Assembly: GCA_050175015.1 (NCBI GenBank)
Contig: JBFXJJ010000007.1
Location: 1 to 10,512, forward strand
Reading direction: 5' to 3'
Origin: Alphaproteobacteria bacterium
Lineage (GTDB): Bacteria; Pseudomonadota; Alphaproteobacteria; JBFXJJ01
Length of the DNA: 10,512 nucleotides
Shown: in pieces, positions 1 through 8,400 of the stretch
How the letters are laid out: every line of letters begins with the position of its first letter
Position numbering within the stretch: position 1 is the stretch's first letter
The notes under the pieces: model-generated
What the model saw: only the letters and a program-made list of their open reading frames with translations
Told to the model about the DNA's origin: nothing
Databases searched by the model: none
Position numbers and translations under genes: made by a program

Positions 1-61
1 CTTCTGCAAAACATTCAATTATTTTTCTTATCTTATATTTGCATAATCTATTGTATTTCAT
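1..61 (-). CDS. IS1595-family transposase, N-terminal fragment (truncated by the window edge; not in the ORF track)
   Basis: Manual translation from ATG at 61: MKYNRLCKYKIRKIIECFAE... This resembles the 'LSKYKIKKIIECFxxD(L/I)TA' N-termini of IS1595/IS1016-type transposases. A GGGAG lies upstream on the minus strand. Only 20 codons are visible. Confidence 0.65.
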   Translation of the reverse strand, partial: MKYNRLCKYKIRKIIECFAE

Positions 62-103
62 AGCTCTTATAATCTCCCAAACAGGAGATACTAGTCAAGA
101 GCC
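1..103 (-). mobile_element. Left end of an IS1595-family insertion sequence (continues beyond the window start)
   Basis: The minus strand from 103 reads GGCTCTTGACTAGTATCTCC..., matching the GGCTCTTGACTAG-type terminal inverted repeat I recall for IS1595-family elements. A transposase-like ORF begins 42 nt inside, at 61. The flank is an AT-rich run (104-116, TATTTTTTTTTTT). The other end is not visible. Confidence 0.7.
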
Positions 104-128
104 TATTTTTTTTTTTATGGTTTTATTG

Positions 129-156
129 TTGAAATTAAGATAGAAATATTTATATT
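129..156 (+). promoter_or_regulatory. Candidate sigma70 promoter of the pilin gene
   Basis: TTGAAA (129-134), 16-nt spacer, TATATT (151-156). An RBS-like AAAGGGA at 181-187 precedes ATG 198. The AT-rich context makes chance matches possible. Confidence 0.35.
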
Positions 157-197
157 TCTTCTAAGTTGTTTTTTTATAGAAAAGGGATTCTTTCAAA

Positions 198-785
198 ATG
201 ATTAAAATTAAAAATCTAAGACACAGTGATATAACTGGTCGTTCTATGATTGAAATGCTCGGCGTGCTTGCTATCGTTGGTGTGCTCAGTGTTGGTGGTA
301 TCGCAGGTTATTCTAAAGCTATGCAGCGTTTCCGTGTTAGTAAAACGCTTGACCATGTTCAAATGTTAACTCTTGGCATTAGAACATTCTTTGCTTCAAG
401 TCCATCTTATGAAGGCCTAGATGATGACTTGGTTTCTGGTGCGAATATTGCTCCTCCTGATATGGTTCTTGGTGATGGTTCGGCTGGTAGTCCTTATTCA
501 CTTAAAAGTGCATTTAATGGAACCGTAACCGTTTCCTCGTCATCTCCTTATGATACTTTTGATCTTACATTTTCTAATTTATCAGATTCTATCTGTGCTG
601 AACTTGCTATGGTTGACTTTGGTTTAACAAGACAAGGTGCTGGTATGACAAGCACAAAAATTAATTCGAGCACAGCTTTTGGTTACGATACTGGTATGAC
701 CGATCCTGCGACATTGACAGCGGCAACAGCATATAGCCAATGTAATCAGGGTGAAGCTAATGTTTTGGTATTTTCTTTCAACTAA
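198..785 (+). CDS. Type IV pilin, type IVb/PilS-like major pilin (195 aa)
   Basis: Class III signal: 14-aa basic leader ending at G14, then RSMIE (Glu at +5) and a hydrophobic helix MLGVLAIVGVLSVGGIAGY. The mature protein is ~181 aa. Two Cys (C133, C182) enclose a long ~48-aa D-region, as in type IVb pilins (PilS/BfpA/TcpA). Confidence 0.9.
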   Translation: MIKIKNLRHSDITGRSMIEMLGVLAIVGVLSVGGIAGYSKAMQRFRVSKTLDHVQMLTLGIRTFFASSPSYEGLDDDLVSGANIAPPDMVLGDGSAGSPYSLKSAFNGTVTVSSSSPYDTFDLTFSNLSDSICAELAMVDFGLTRQGAGMTSTKINSSTAFGYDTGMTDPATLTAATAYSQCNQGEANVLVFSFN

Positions 786-818
786 GATTTTGTTGAATTT
801 AGTACAAAAATTAGTGTA

Positions 819-860
819 AAAAAACACGGTTTTATCAAAAAAGATAAGGCCGTGTTTTTT
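819..860 (+). terminator. Rho-independent terminator after the pilin gene
   Basis: Stem CACGGTTTTATC (825-836) pairs with GATAAGGCCGTG (843-854), with two G:U pairs that form only in plus-strand RNA. A6 loop, followed by T6 (855-860). Confidence 0.8.
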
Positions 861-901
861 AATTGTTGCAAAAATTGAAACATAGCGTTAAAAAATATCT
901 T

Positions 902-1870
902 ATGAGTAAATTAACAAGTTATACATTTTCAGACATTTATTTGACACCGGAAGGCAATGTGTTTACTTCCGATAATGAAACGTCTCACGGTTTAAAACAG
1001 TTAAAGAATGTTACTGATATTGAAAAATTTTATTATGAGCTAGAAAACGGCTATAATTTTAAGAACAGCAGCTATGCCGTAGTTTATGATGATGTTATTT
1101 TCAGGGTTGAGCGCATTCAAACAATGACAGGTATTGGTTACTGCGCTCGTAGAATGCCGAAAGAGCCGCCAGATCTTATGTCTTTAGGTTTGCCGGAGGG
1201 CTTTTTAAGGCATTTGGTTTCACTTAATCGTAAAACAGGACTTATTATCTGGGCTGGTCCTACAGGAATGGGTAAAACCACATCTATTTCGAGCTTGCTT
1301 TGTAAGTTTTTACAACGTGAGGGTGGTTTTGCTTATACTATTGAAGATCCTCCCGAAATGCCTTTAGATGGGGTTTATATGTCTAAAAGAGGCGGTCTTG
1401 GTTTATGCAAACAGACTTCGCCGATTGATGGCGATTGGGGTGGTGCTCTAAAATCAGCTCTTCGTTCCAGACCACACTATATTTTGGTTGGTGAGGTTAG
1501 AACGTCAGAAACTGCAAGCCAGCTTTTGAGAGCAGCGACATCTGGACACTTAGTGCTTTCGACCATTCACGCTAATAGTGTTGAAGATGCGATTAACTCT
1601 CTTGTTAAATATGCGGTTTCTCAAGATATGAGTGAAGACTTGGCCTATGACTTGCTTTCTCGTGGTATTTTAGGCGTGGTGCATCAAGTTTTACAGGGTT
1701 CAAAAACAATGTTTCCTCAGGTGCGTTTCGTGTTTTCAAACCCCGACAGCACTAAAGGCGATCAAGTTAGAGCTATTATTAAAAGCGGTAAGATTAATCT
1801 GGGAACAACAATTGAATCTCAGATGGCTAGAATGTTTAATGGTGAGGCTCTTTATAAAGACTTGTCATAG
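902..1870 (+). CDS. PilT/BfpF-like type IV pilus ATPase (T2SS/T4P ATPase superfamily, probably retraction type)
   Basis: Walker A GPTGMGKTT, Asp box TIEDPPE, ALKSALRSRP, Walker B ILVGEVR, His box GHLVLSTIHANS, and C-terminal QVRAIIKSGK (a degenerate AIRNLIREGK). At ~322 aa it lacks the PilB N-terminal extension and zinc motif. ATG 902 is preferred over TTG 863, which abuts the terminator. Confidence 0.85.
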   Translation: MSKLTSYTFSDIYLTPEGNVFTSDNETSHGLKQLKNVTDIEKFYYELENGYNFKNSSYAVVYDDVIFRVERIQTMTGIGYCARRMPKEPPDLMSLGLPEGFLRHLVSLNRKTGLIIWAGPTGMGKTTSISSLLCKFLQREGGFAYTIEDPPEMPLDGVYMSKRGGLGLCKQTSPIDGDWGGALKSALRSRPHYILVGEVRTSETASQLLRAATSGHLVLSTIHANSVEDAINSLVKYAVSQDMSEDLAYDLLSRGILGVVHQVLQGSKTMFPQVRFVFSNPDSTKGDQVRAIIKSGKINLGTTIESQMARMFNGEALYKDLS

Positions 1871-1900
1871 TATAAACGTTTTTTCCTAATTTATCATTAG

Positions 1901-1924
1901 ACGCCGCTTCTTGCGGCGTTTTTT
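1901..1924 (+). terminator. Rho-independent terminator after the ATPase gene
   Basis: Perfect 7-bp GC-rich stem ACGCCGC (1901-1907) / GCGGCGT (1913-1919), loop TTCTT, followed by a T run to 1924. Confidence 0.85.
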
Positions 1925-1986
1925 GTATTCATAAGAAGGGTTTTAAGGATAATAATATTTATAGTCAAATTAGAGCAATGTTAGCT

Positions 1987-2418
1987 TTAATTTAAGACAA
2001 TGTTTTCATAAGGGCTGTCTAATGAAAAAGCGGGAATATCAATGTCAAAAAGAAGTCCATTTTCATCAATCAAACCGATTTTGCCAACAATTATTCCCGA
2101 AGGCGTTCCCAAGGGGGTTAGTCCGGTGTATTCATAAGAATCTCCAGATATAACTATAGGCTGATTGTCGGGCTGTCCTAAGTCTTTGGCAATCGTTGTA
2201 TTGCCCAAAGAATCTGCAATAACAAAGCTTTTATCAACTAATTGAATATTTTTACTAGAGTTATTCTCTATTTTTATATAGTAAGCCCAAAAAAACTTAT
2301 TTTCTTCAGGAACAGAAGCTTCATCGACAAATAATGGTGCTGCCGAAACTGTAATATCCTGCGTCGTATGGCTGTAGAGCTCAACATCGTTTTCCAGATA
2401 TTCATTAAGCATATTCAT
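1987..2418 (-). CDS. apaG: ApaG family protein (divergent)
   Basis: Colinear with ApaG: YSHTTQDITVS..., FFWAYYIKIEN, IQL, QPIV.SGDSYEYTG.TPLGTPSGII.G, FDIDIPAFSLDSP. Confidence 0.88.
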   Translation of the reverse strand: MNMLNEYLENDVELYSHTTQDITVSAAPLFVDEASVPEENKFFWAYYIKIENNSSKNIQLVDKSFVIADSLGNTTIAKDLGQPDNQPIVISGDSYEYTGLTPLGTPSGIIVGKIGLIDENGLLFDIDIPAFSLDSPYENIVLN

Positions 2419-2578
2419 TTTTGTTTTCTCGACTTCTATATAAAATGTAGTATTATCAATATGTTTAGAAGAATTAAAACTCTATAAGAAAAAAAATGAT
2501 AACGCAAAATTTTTTAAATCTGCTCCGTGAATAATGGGGATAAAATTATTAATATAAAATATTAAGGTTAAAAAAAGA

Positions 2579-3244
2579 ATGTTTGGTTTTTTTAAGAAAA
2601 ATATTTCGGATCCAACGACCATTGCTAAAGATATCTTGAAAGAATTAAAAAAAAGATACGAAAAAAAAGAAAAGTCCCAAGAAACTATTTTAAGTTGTCT
2701 AGGAGCTTTGGCTGGTTTTGGCTGCCAGATGGCAATTAGAGAAGGCTTCATAAAGACAGGGAAAATGACAGAAGATAATGCTTTCACTGTAATTGAAACC
2801 CAAAATGGCGATAAATTTTTTTATGGCGATTTCTTAAATGGAGCATTGCTGGAAGCCAAGACTTCAGTTTGGTCGCTTGTTGCTGGTGCCGCCCAATCTT
2901 CAGGAGCTAAGGAGCTTCCTGATATTCATAAGATATGCGGTCAAGTTGCCAAAAATGTTGGAAGTGATGACTTTGGCAAAATTACCGTTCCTAAAGAACA
3001 TCAGCCCGATGAATATCCTATCGAAAGCTTAAAAAAAGAATGGGGTAAAATGTATAAGGTCATATTGAAATATAATTATAACCCAGCATTTTTAGGGTGG
3101 TATTTTGCATTAGCTGCACAGCATCTTATTATCGAAACTAAAGACATCTTTCCTCCTGTTATGGCTGTACAGATAGTTATGGAAGCAGCGGTTTCGATGT
3201 CCAAGATTGCGCCTGCTAAAGTAATTGGGATAGAGGCAGTGTAA
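2579..3244 (+). CDS. Hypothetical protein (221 aa), predicted cytoplasmic and mostly helical
   Basis: Long ORF with ATG start and normal protein-like composition. Motif-like blocks LGALAGFGCQ, FFYGDFLN, SVWSLVAGAA and IVMEAAVSMSKI. No function recognised. Confidence 0.8.
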   Translation: MFGFFKKNISDPTTIAKDILKELKKRYEKKEKSQETILSCLGALAGFGCQMAIREGFIKTGKMTEDNAFTVIETQNGDKFFYGDFLNGALLEAKTSVWSLVAGAAQSSGAKELPDIHKICGQVAKNVGSDDFGKITVPKEHQPDEYPIESLKKEWGKMYKVILKYNYNPAFLGWYFALAAQHLIIETKDIFPPVMAVQIVMEAAVSMSKIAPAKVIGIEAV

Positions 3245-3291
3245 GAAACAATAAGGAAAATATTTTTTATAACTAAAGGCGGCGGTTTATT

Positions 3292-4986
3292 CTAATAAAT
3301 ATTTCCAGAAGAATACTCTTTAATATCTTCCGGCAAAAACTCAGGCGAAGATGGGACATCAACAGAAAAACAGCTTCCTTCACTAACCTTGCTTGTAACA
3401 GATATTTTTGCTCCAAGAGCTTCAACAATCTTGGTTACCAAAGCAAGTCCAACCCCAGTTCCTTCGATCTCTTCATTATTGTTTTTTAGACGGTGGAAAG
3501 GTTTGAAAATGTTTTCAATTTCCTCTTTAGGAATACCAATTCCTGTATCAGAGACAGTTATGCGGACATATCCGTTTTCTAAACTCTCAGCCTGTAGAAC
3601 AATTTGACCATCAGCTTTATTGTATTTTATAGCATTGCTTAGAAGGTTCAAAATTACTTGCTCTATTCGTTGTCTGTCTGAGTAAATATTAAGGTTTGAA
3701 AATTTTTTAGAAAAATTAAGGTTCTTTTTTGCTGCAATGGTTGTAACAATATTTTGGCATTTATCAAACAGTTCATTAACAGAAAGATTTTCAAATTTAA
3801 GTACAAAATGCCCGCTTTCAATTTGAGCCAAATTTAGGACATCTCCTATTAAAGAATTCAGCAGTTTGCCTGATGTTATCATATATTGTACCCATCTTTT
3901 TTGTTTTTCAGTCAGGTTGTTTTCACTGTTTAATTCAAACATTTGGCAGAAACCTAAGATGCCGTTAAGAGGCGTTCTAAACTCGTGGCTCATACTTGAA
4001 AGAAAAACACTTTTAGCATTGTTGCTCTTTTCTGCTATTTCTTTTGCTTCTTTTAATTCCTTTGTGCGTTCTTCAACCCTTTTTTCTAATAAATTGTTAG
4101 CATTTTCTAGTTTTCTATTTATATCCCATAGTTCTTTCTGAGCTTTCATATACTGCCAAGCGTGATAAAGGGATAAAACAGAGATGATAGCAAAGGCGAA
4201 AATAAACAAAGCGACGACAATACCCATACTTTTAAATAAGGATAGCCCTGGCTTTGGAGGATTAAAGATTATATAAGAAACAGTGTTTTTGTTAACATCA
4301 TAAAGGTTTAGGTAAGCCTCATTTTTATCAGACGGCAAAGTTTCTGAAAGATATATGTGACCTAATCCGTACATCTTCCCTATTTCATCTAAGAAAGGCT
4401 GGTCTATTTCTCTAAGCAGAAAGAGGACATGGTTTTGTTTGTTATCACGTGATGTCTCTTCAGAGCTTTGATAAGTTAAGGCATTTGCCAAGGCTATATA
4501 GATTTTATTTTCAATCTTAATTATAGAGTAAAAAGCAGTAGGATTTGAAGGTGGAGAGTTTCTAGTGTTATTGATAATGCTCATTAAAGCAGGATAAGAT
4601 TCTAAAGCTAGCTGTTGATGAATTCCATCTAAGGGTGAGAAGAAAGTTTTTTCATTTTTTTCATTTAGGATTAAAACATAATCTATTTTAAAGGTACTGA
4701 TTATGCCCTCATCGACGTTTTCTTCTAACCATTCATAATCTAAATCTTCTTTGTCTCGTCCAAAATTATCAACGGCATCATTCCAGACAGTATAATCGAA
4801 AAGCATGTCTGTTAATCTTTTGGCTTCTCTTTCAATAACAGCATTTATAAATTGTTTTTTGGTATCAGACGCTTGTTTGTCTACATCCTTTACTAATCTA
4901 AAACTGATAAAGGCCATTAATGCAAGAGCAAAAAAGCTGAACAGAGAAGCGATAATGACATTTTTAAATAATAAAGAAAATTTCAT
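3292..4986 (-). CDS. Membrane sensor histidine kinase with a periplasmic CHASE4 domain (no receiver domain)
   Basis: TM1, CHASE4-type motif DYTVWNDAVD, TM2, signalling helix LEKRVEERTKEL, H-box FLSSMSHEFRTPLNGILG, N-box QVILNLLSNAIKYN, G1 DTGIGIP, F-box IFKPF, G2 GTGVGLALV. ATG 4986 is preferred over TTG 5007. Confidence 0.92.
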   Translation of the reverse strand: MKFSLLFKNVIIASLFSFFALALMAFISFRLVKDVDKQASDTKKQFINAVIEREAKRLTDMLFDYTVWNDAVDNFGRDKEDLDYEWLEENVDEGIISTFKIDYVLILNEKNEKTFFSPLDGIHQQLALESYPALMSIINNTRNSPPSNPTAFYSIIKIENKIYIALANALTYQSSEETSRDNKQNHVLFLLREIDQPFLDEIGKMYGLGHIYLSETLPSDKNEAYLNLYDVNKNTVSYIIFNPPKPGLSLFKSMGIVVALFIFAFAIISVLSLYHAWQYMKAQKELWDINRKLENANNLLEKRVEERTKELKEAKEIAEKSNNAKSVFLSSMSHEFRTPLNGILGFCQMFELNSENNLTEKQKRWVQYMITSGKLLNSLIGDVLNLAQIESGHFVLKFENLSVNELFDKCQNIVTTIAAKKNLNFSKKFSNLNIYSDRQRIEQVILNLLSNAIKYNKADGQIVLQAESLENGYVRITVSDTGIGIPKEEIENIFKPFHRLKNNNEEIEGTGVGLALVTKIVEALGAKISVTSKVSEGSCFSVDVPSSPEFLPEDIKEYSSGNIY

Positions 4987-5315
4987 ATTATGTTTTTTTA
5001 GCTTCAAGAAAAAGATTAATTATACAATATAGATAAAACAATTACTATAAATTAGTAACTTTTTAGCTCTGATGCAAACATAAAAAATGAAGTGTTTTTT
5101 GTATAAAAACAGATTGTTATGCACTTTAAGATTAATGTTTTTTCGTGCCTGAAAGTTCTAAAAAACCTTATATTATAAAAACTTATTTATGTAATTTATA
5201 ATATTGTTTATAATGAAAAACAATAAAAGCTTCATCTTTTAGATGAATATCTTGTTAAATTATTGCTTTGTGCTATTTGTATTTAATATTTACTGCTGAT
5301 ATGGTTATTTTTAGC

Positions 5316-5344
5316 TTGACCATACTTTGAGTATTATATAAATT
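5316..5344 (+). promoter_or_regulatory. Candidate sigma70 promoter of the autotransporter gene
   Basis: TTGACC (5316-5321), 17-nt spacer, TAAATT (5339-5344), about 90 nt upstream of ATG 5433. Confidence 0.4.
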
Positions 5345-5432
5345 TTAACAATATTATTTGTTTTTTTATTCTAATTCTATTGTATAGAAAAATAAAAGCC
5401 TAATACCAAACATTAAATTTTAAGAGAGTTCG

Positions 5433-8400
5433 ATGCCAATATCGATTGCCCCCAAATTTATAGTGAAGTCTTTTTTACCGATTTCGTGTTTTCTGGTTGC
5501 TACAACCGCATTAACGCCCGTATCTCAAGCTGCAAATATTGCTTGGGGAGATGGGGTAACGGGCAATTACACGGATAATGCCAACTGGATTGGTGGCGCT
5601 GCTCCAGGAAATTTGGATAACGTTTACATTAATAACGGAACTTTAAATTTTTCAGACGCTGTTTCTGTTAGCAATAGTAGTGGCTATATAGGTAGAGATG
5701 CTGGAAGCGCGGGAACGTTAAATGTTAGTGGTCTAGGTTCAGTATTAAATTATTCTCCTTTAGAGGTTGGTTATAATGGCAATGGCACATTAAATATTCT
5801 AAATGGTGCCACTGTTAACAATACTTACACCGAAATAGGATATTCTTCTGGTTCCGTAGGTCTTGTTACGATTGATGGTGCTAGTTCTATCATGACCAAT
5901 AGTTATGAGATAATAGCTGGGTATGGTGGTAACGGCACACTGAACTTAACCAATGGGGGTAGAGCTTCAAGCACGGAAGGTTATATCGGGTATAATGCTG
6001 GTGTTGTTGGTGAAGCTACCATTGATGGTTCTGGCTCGCGCTGGACTTGCAGTGATGGTTTATATGTTGGTTATAGTGGAGATGGAACTCTTGATATAAC
6101 TAATGGCGGTGAACTTGAAACTTTAAGAGGTTATATAGGTTTTGAAGCAAATGGTGTTGGCGAGGTTGTAGTTGACGGTACAGGTTCTGTTTGGAATATG
6201 ACGGCTCCTGCATCTACAGCTTTATACCTTGGTTCTAATAGCAATAGTGAGGGAACATTAAGCATTACTAATGGTGGGGCAGTATATAATGCGTCATCTG
6301 TAATTGGCGATGAAAGATATGGCACGGGGGAAGTCAATGTTGATGGTACAGGCTCTGTCTGGACTAATAGTGGCAGTATGACACTTGGCTATAAAGGAGA
6401 TGGAACTTTAAATGTTATTAACGGTGGGACAGCATCAAATACGTATTCTAAAATAGGATCTAATACTTGGGGTGTTGGTGAAGTTAATTTGTCTGGGGCA
6501 AATTCTGTCTGGAATAACAGCAGTTATGTTCTTTTAGGAGAATATGGCGAAGCTACAATCAACTTATCAGAAGCGGCAACACTAAAAGTAGATGATGATG
6601 GTGATAGCAACAATGGTTATAATGGGACTATAACCGTTGGCAAAGAAGCTGGTTCAAAAGGGACAATCAATATTGGTGGCAAAGAAAACGAAGCGGCTAA
6701 AGCTGCGGGGTCAATTCTTGCTGATAAAATTGAATTTGGTCTTGGGTCAAGCAAACTAATCTTGAATCATACTGCAACTGATTATGATCTTACTCAAGAT
6801 CTTACGGGCAATGGAATTATCAAGTTATTAGCAGGTACAACCGAGCTTTCAGGTGATGTTTCAGCTTTTACAGGTAGTGTAACTGTTAACGGCGGGACGC
6901 TTGTTGTCAATAATGATTGGTCATCTATAGGACTCAATTTGCTATCTGGCGGAATAAAAGGAACAGGGACGACTTCTGGCTTAACAAGTCTGCCTAATAA
7001 TTTTGTTATTGCTCCAGGAAATTCTATTGGAACCTTAAATATCAATGGCGATTTTGTTTTGAATTCCTCCTCAACATTAGAGGTTGAGTTTGATGCTAAT
7101 GATGCTGATAAAATTGTTGTTAGCGGCGATGCCACTATTGATGGTTCGCTTAAACTTCTTCCTGCTTCTGGTCAAACTTATACCTCTGGAGACTATACAA
7201 TTTTAACAGCTAATGCCATTACAGGGAGTTTTGCAGACCAAACCATCATAAATGAAGAACGCCTCAGTGGTCTTAAAGTTTCAACAACAATTAATGCCAC
7301 CGAAATTTTATTGTCTTTAGATCCTGATGCTTTTCAGCCTATGACATCATCGGGCAATTCTTTATCTAATAATACCGCAAGTTATATTGATAGTATTAGA
7401 GACGGGTCAACAGGTGATTTAGATTATATTTTTGACCAGTTAGCATTGCTTCCGACTGCCGACTTAGATAAAGCTATGGAAAGCGTAAGTGGTAAACGTA
7501 TGGAAGCTATTATAAAAACCGGAGAGGTTTACACCAAGGCGATTACAAATGTCGTTTCTACCCGCCAGATTTTGGTTTCAGGAAATGCTCTTATGGGAGG
7601 TTCTCAGCCTGTTTCTGGTAGTGTTAGCGGAGCTGGAGGCTTGGATTTCGTAAATAATAGCAGCATTTCCTTTAGTGAAAAGAATATTTATGATTTAAGC
7701 GAAACTATTAATGGAGATGTTTCTCTGGTTGAAAAAAATGACGACAAAATAGGCATTTGGCTTAAGGCTTTTGGGCGCACAGGTTCAGAAGATAATGACG
7801 TTGGGGCAACCGGTTATGAATATGGCATTGCAGGTTTTGTGGGCGGAGCAGATTATAAAATTTCTGAAAAACTAACCGCTGGTCTAGTCTTTGCAAGCGG
7901 TAAAGCCAATATTAATCTCGATGGCAACTCTGGTTCAAGCGATATTACAACTTGGAACCTTGGCAGTTATGGAACATATAGTTTTGATAATGGTATTTTT
8001 ACCGACGGTTTGTTAATGCTTGGTTATAACGATATTGATAGCCAGCGTAGAGTGGTGTTCGGCGGGGTTGATCGTTTAGCAACTGGTTCTGCTGACAGCT
8101 ATACTTTAAGAATGGATTTAGGGGTTGGCAAAAAATTTGATTTCGAGAAAGTTTCATTGTTGCCGCAAGCTAAAATTGGTTATATGTGGTCTCGCCAGTC
8201 TTCATATGATGAGGTAGGGGCAGGTGGTGCCAACCTTCACTATGATAAGCAGATAAGTCAGACGATGTTAGCTGAATTAGGGGTTGAAGCCAGCAAAAAA
8301 ATGAAAACAGATGCGGGATTGTTAACACCATATTTAGGTATAGCAGGGATACTCGATAACCCTCTTGATGATAGAAAAATGTCATCAGGTTTTATTGGTT

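Noticed and set aside
60-116. Hairpin (GCTCTT/AAGAGC outer stem, ATCTCC/GGAGAT inner stem) followed by T11, resembling a terminator, attenuator or riboswitch upstream of the pilin
   Set aside because: The hairpin lies within the IS end and transposase translation-start region, and the T run is flanking target DNA. It is upstream of the candidate pilin promoter and matches no riboswitch I recognise.
117-197. CtrA box (TTAA-N7-TTAA) upstream of the pilin, as for Caulobacter pilA
   Set aside because: Only a single TTAA half-site (135-138) is present, with no correctly spaced partner.
781-815. Weak inverted repeat ACTAAGATTTTGT / ACAAAAATTAGT at the pilin stop
   Set aside because: AT-rich and imperfect. 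The adjacent 819-860 hairpin explains termination better.
624-827. 67-aa minus-strand ORF
   Set aside because: Antisense shadow of the pilin gene, with no recognisable features.
863-901. TTG start extending the ATPase by 13 aa
   Set aside because: It begins 2 nt after the terminator T-tract with no RBS. ATG 902 is more plausible, though not proven.
2482-3032. ORFs 2482-2787 (-) and 2838-3032 (+)
   Set aside because: They overlap the 221-aa gene in antisense or an alternative frame and have low-complexity, non-protein-like composition.
3389-5032. Plus-strand ORFs 3389-3607, 3866-4141 and 4805-5032
   Set aside because: Antisense shadows of the histidine kinase.
5682-6590. 150-nt periodicity considered as a CRISPR array or a DGR template/variable repeat pair
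   Set aside because: The repeats are in-frame protein repeats diverged at synonymous sites. There are no identical DNA repeats with spacers, no adenine-specific mismatch pattern noticed, and no cas or reverse transcriptase gene.
6131-8385. Minus-strand ORFs 6131-6337, 6794-7135 and 8170-8385
   Set aside because: Antisense shadows of the autotransporter, produced by its codon bias.
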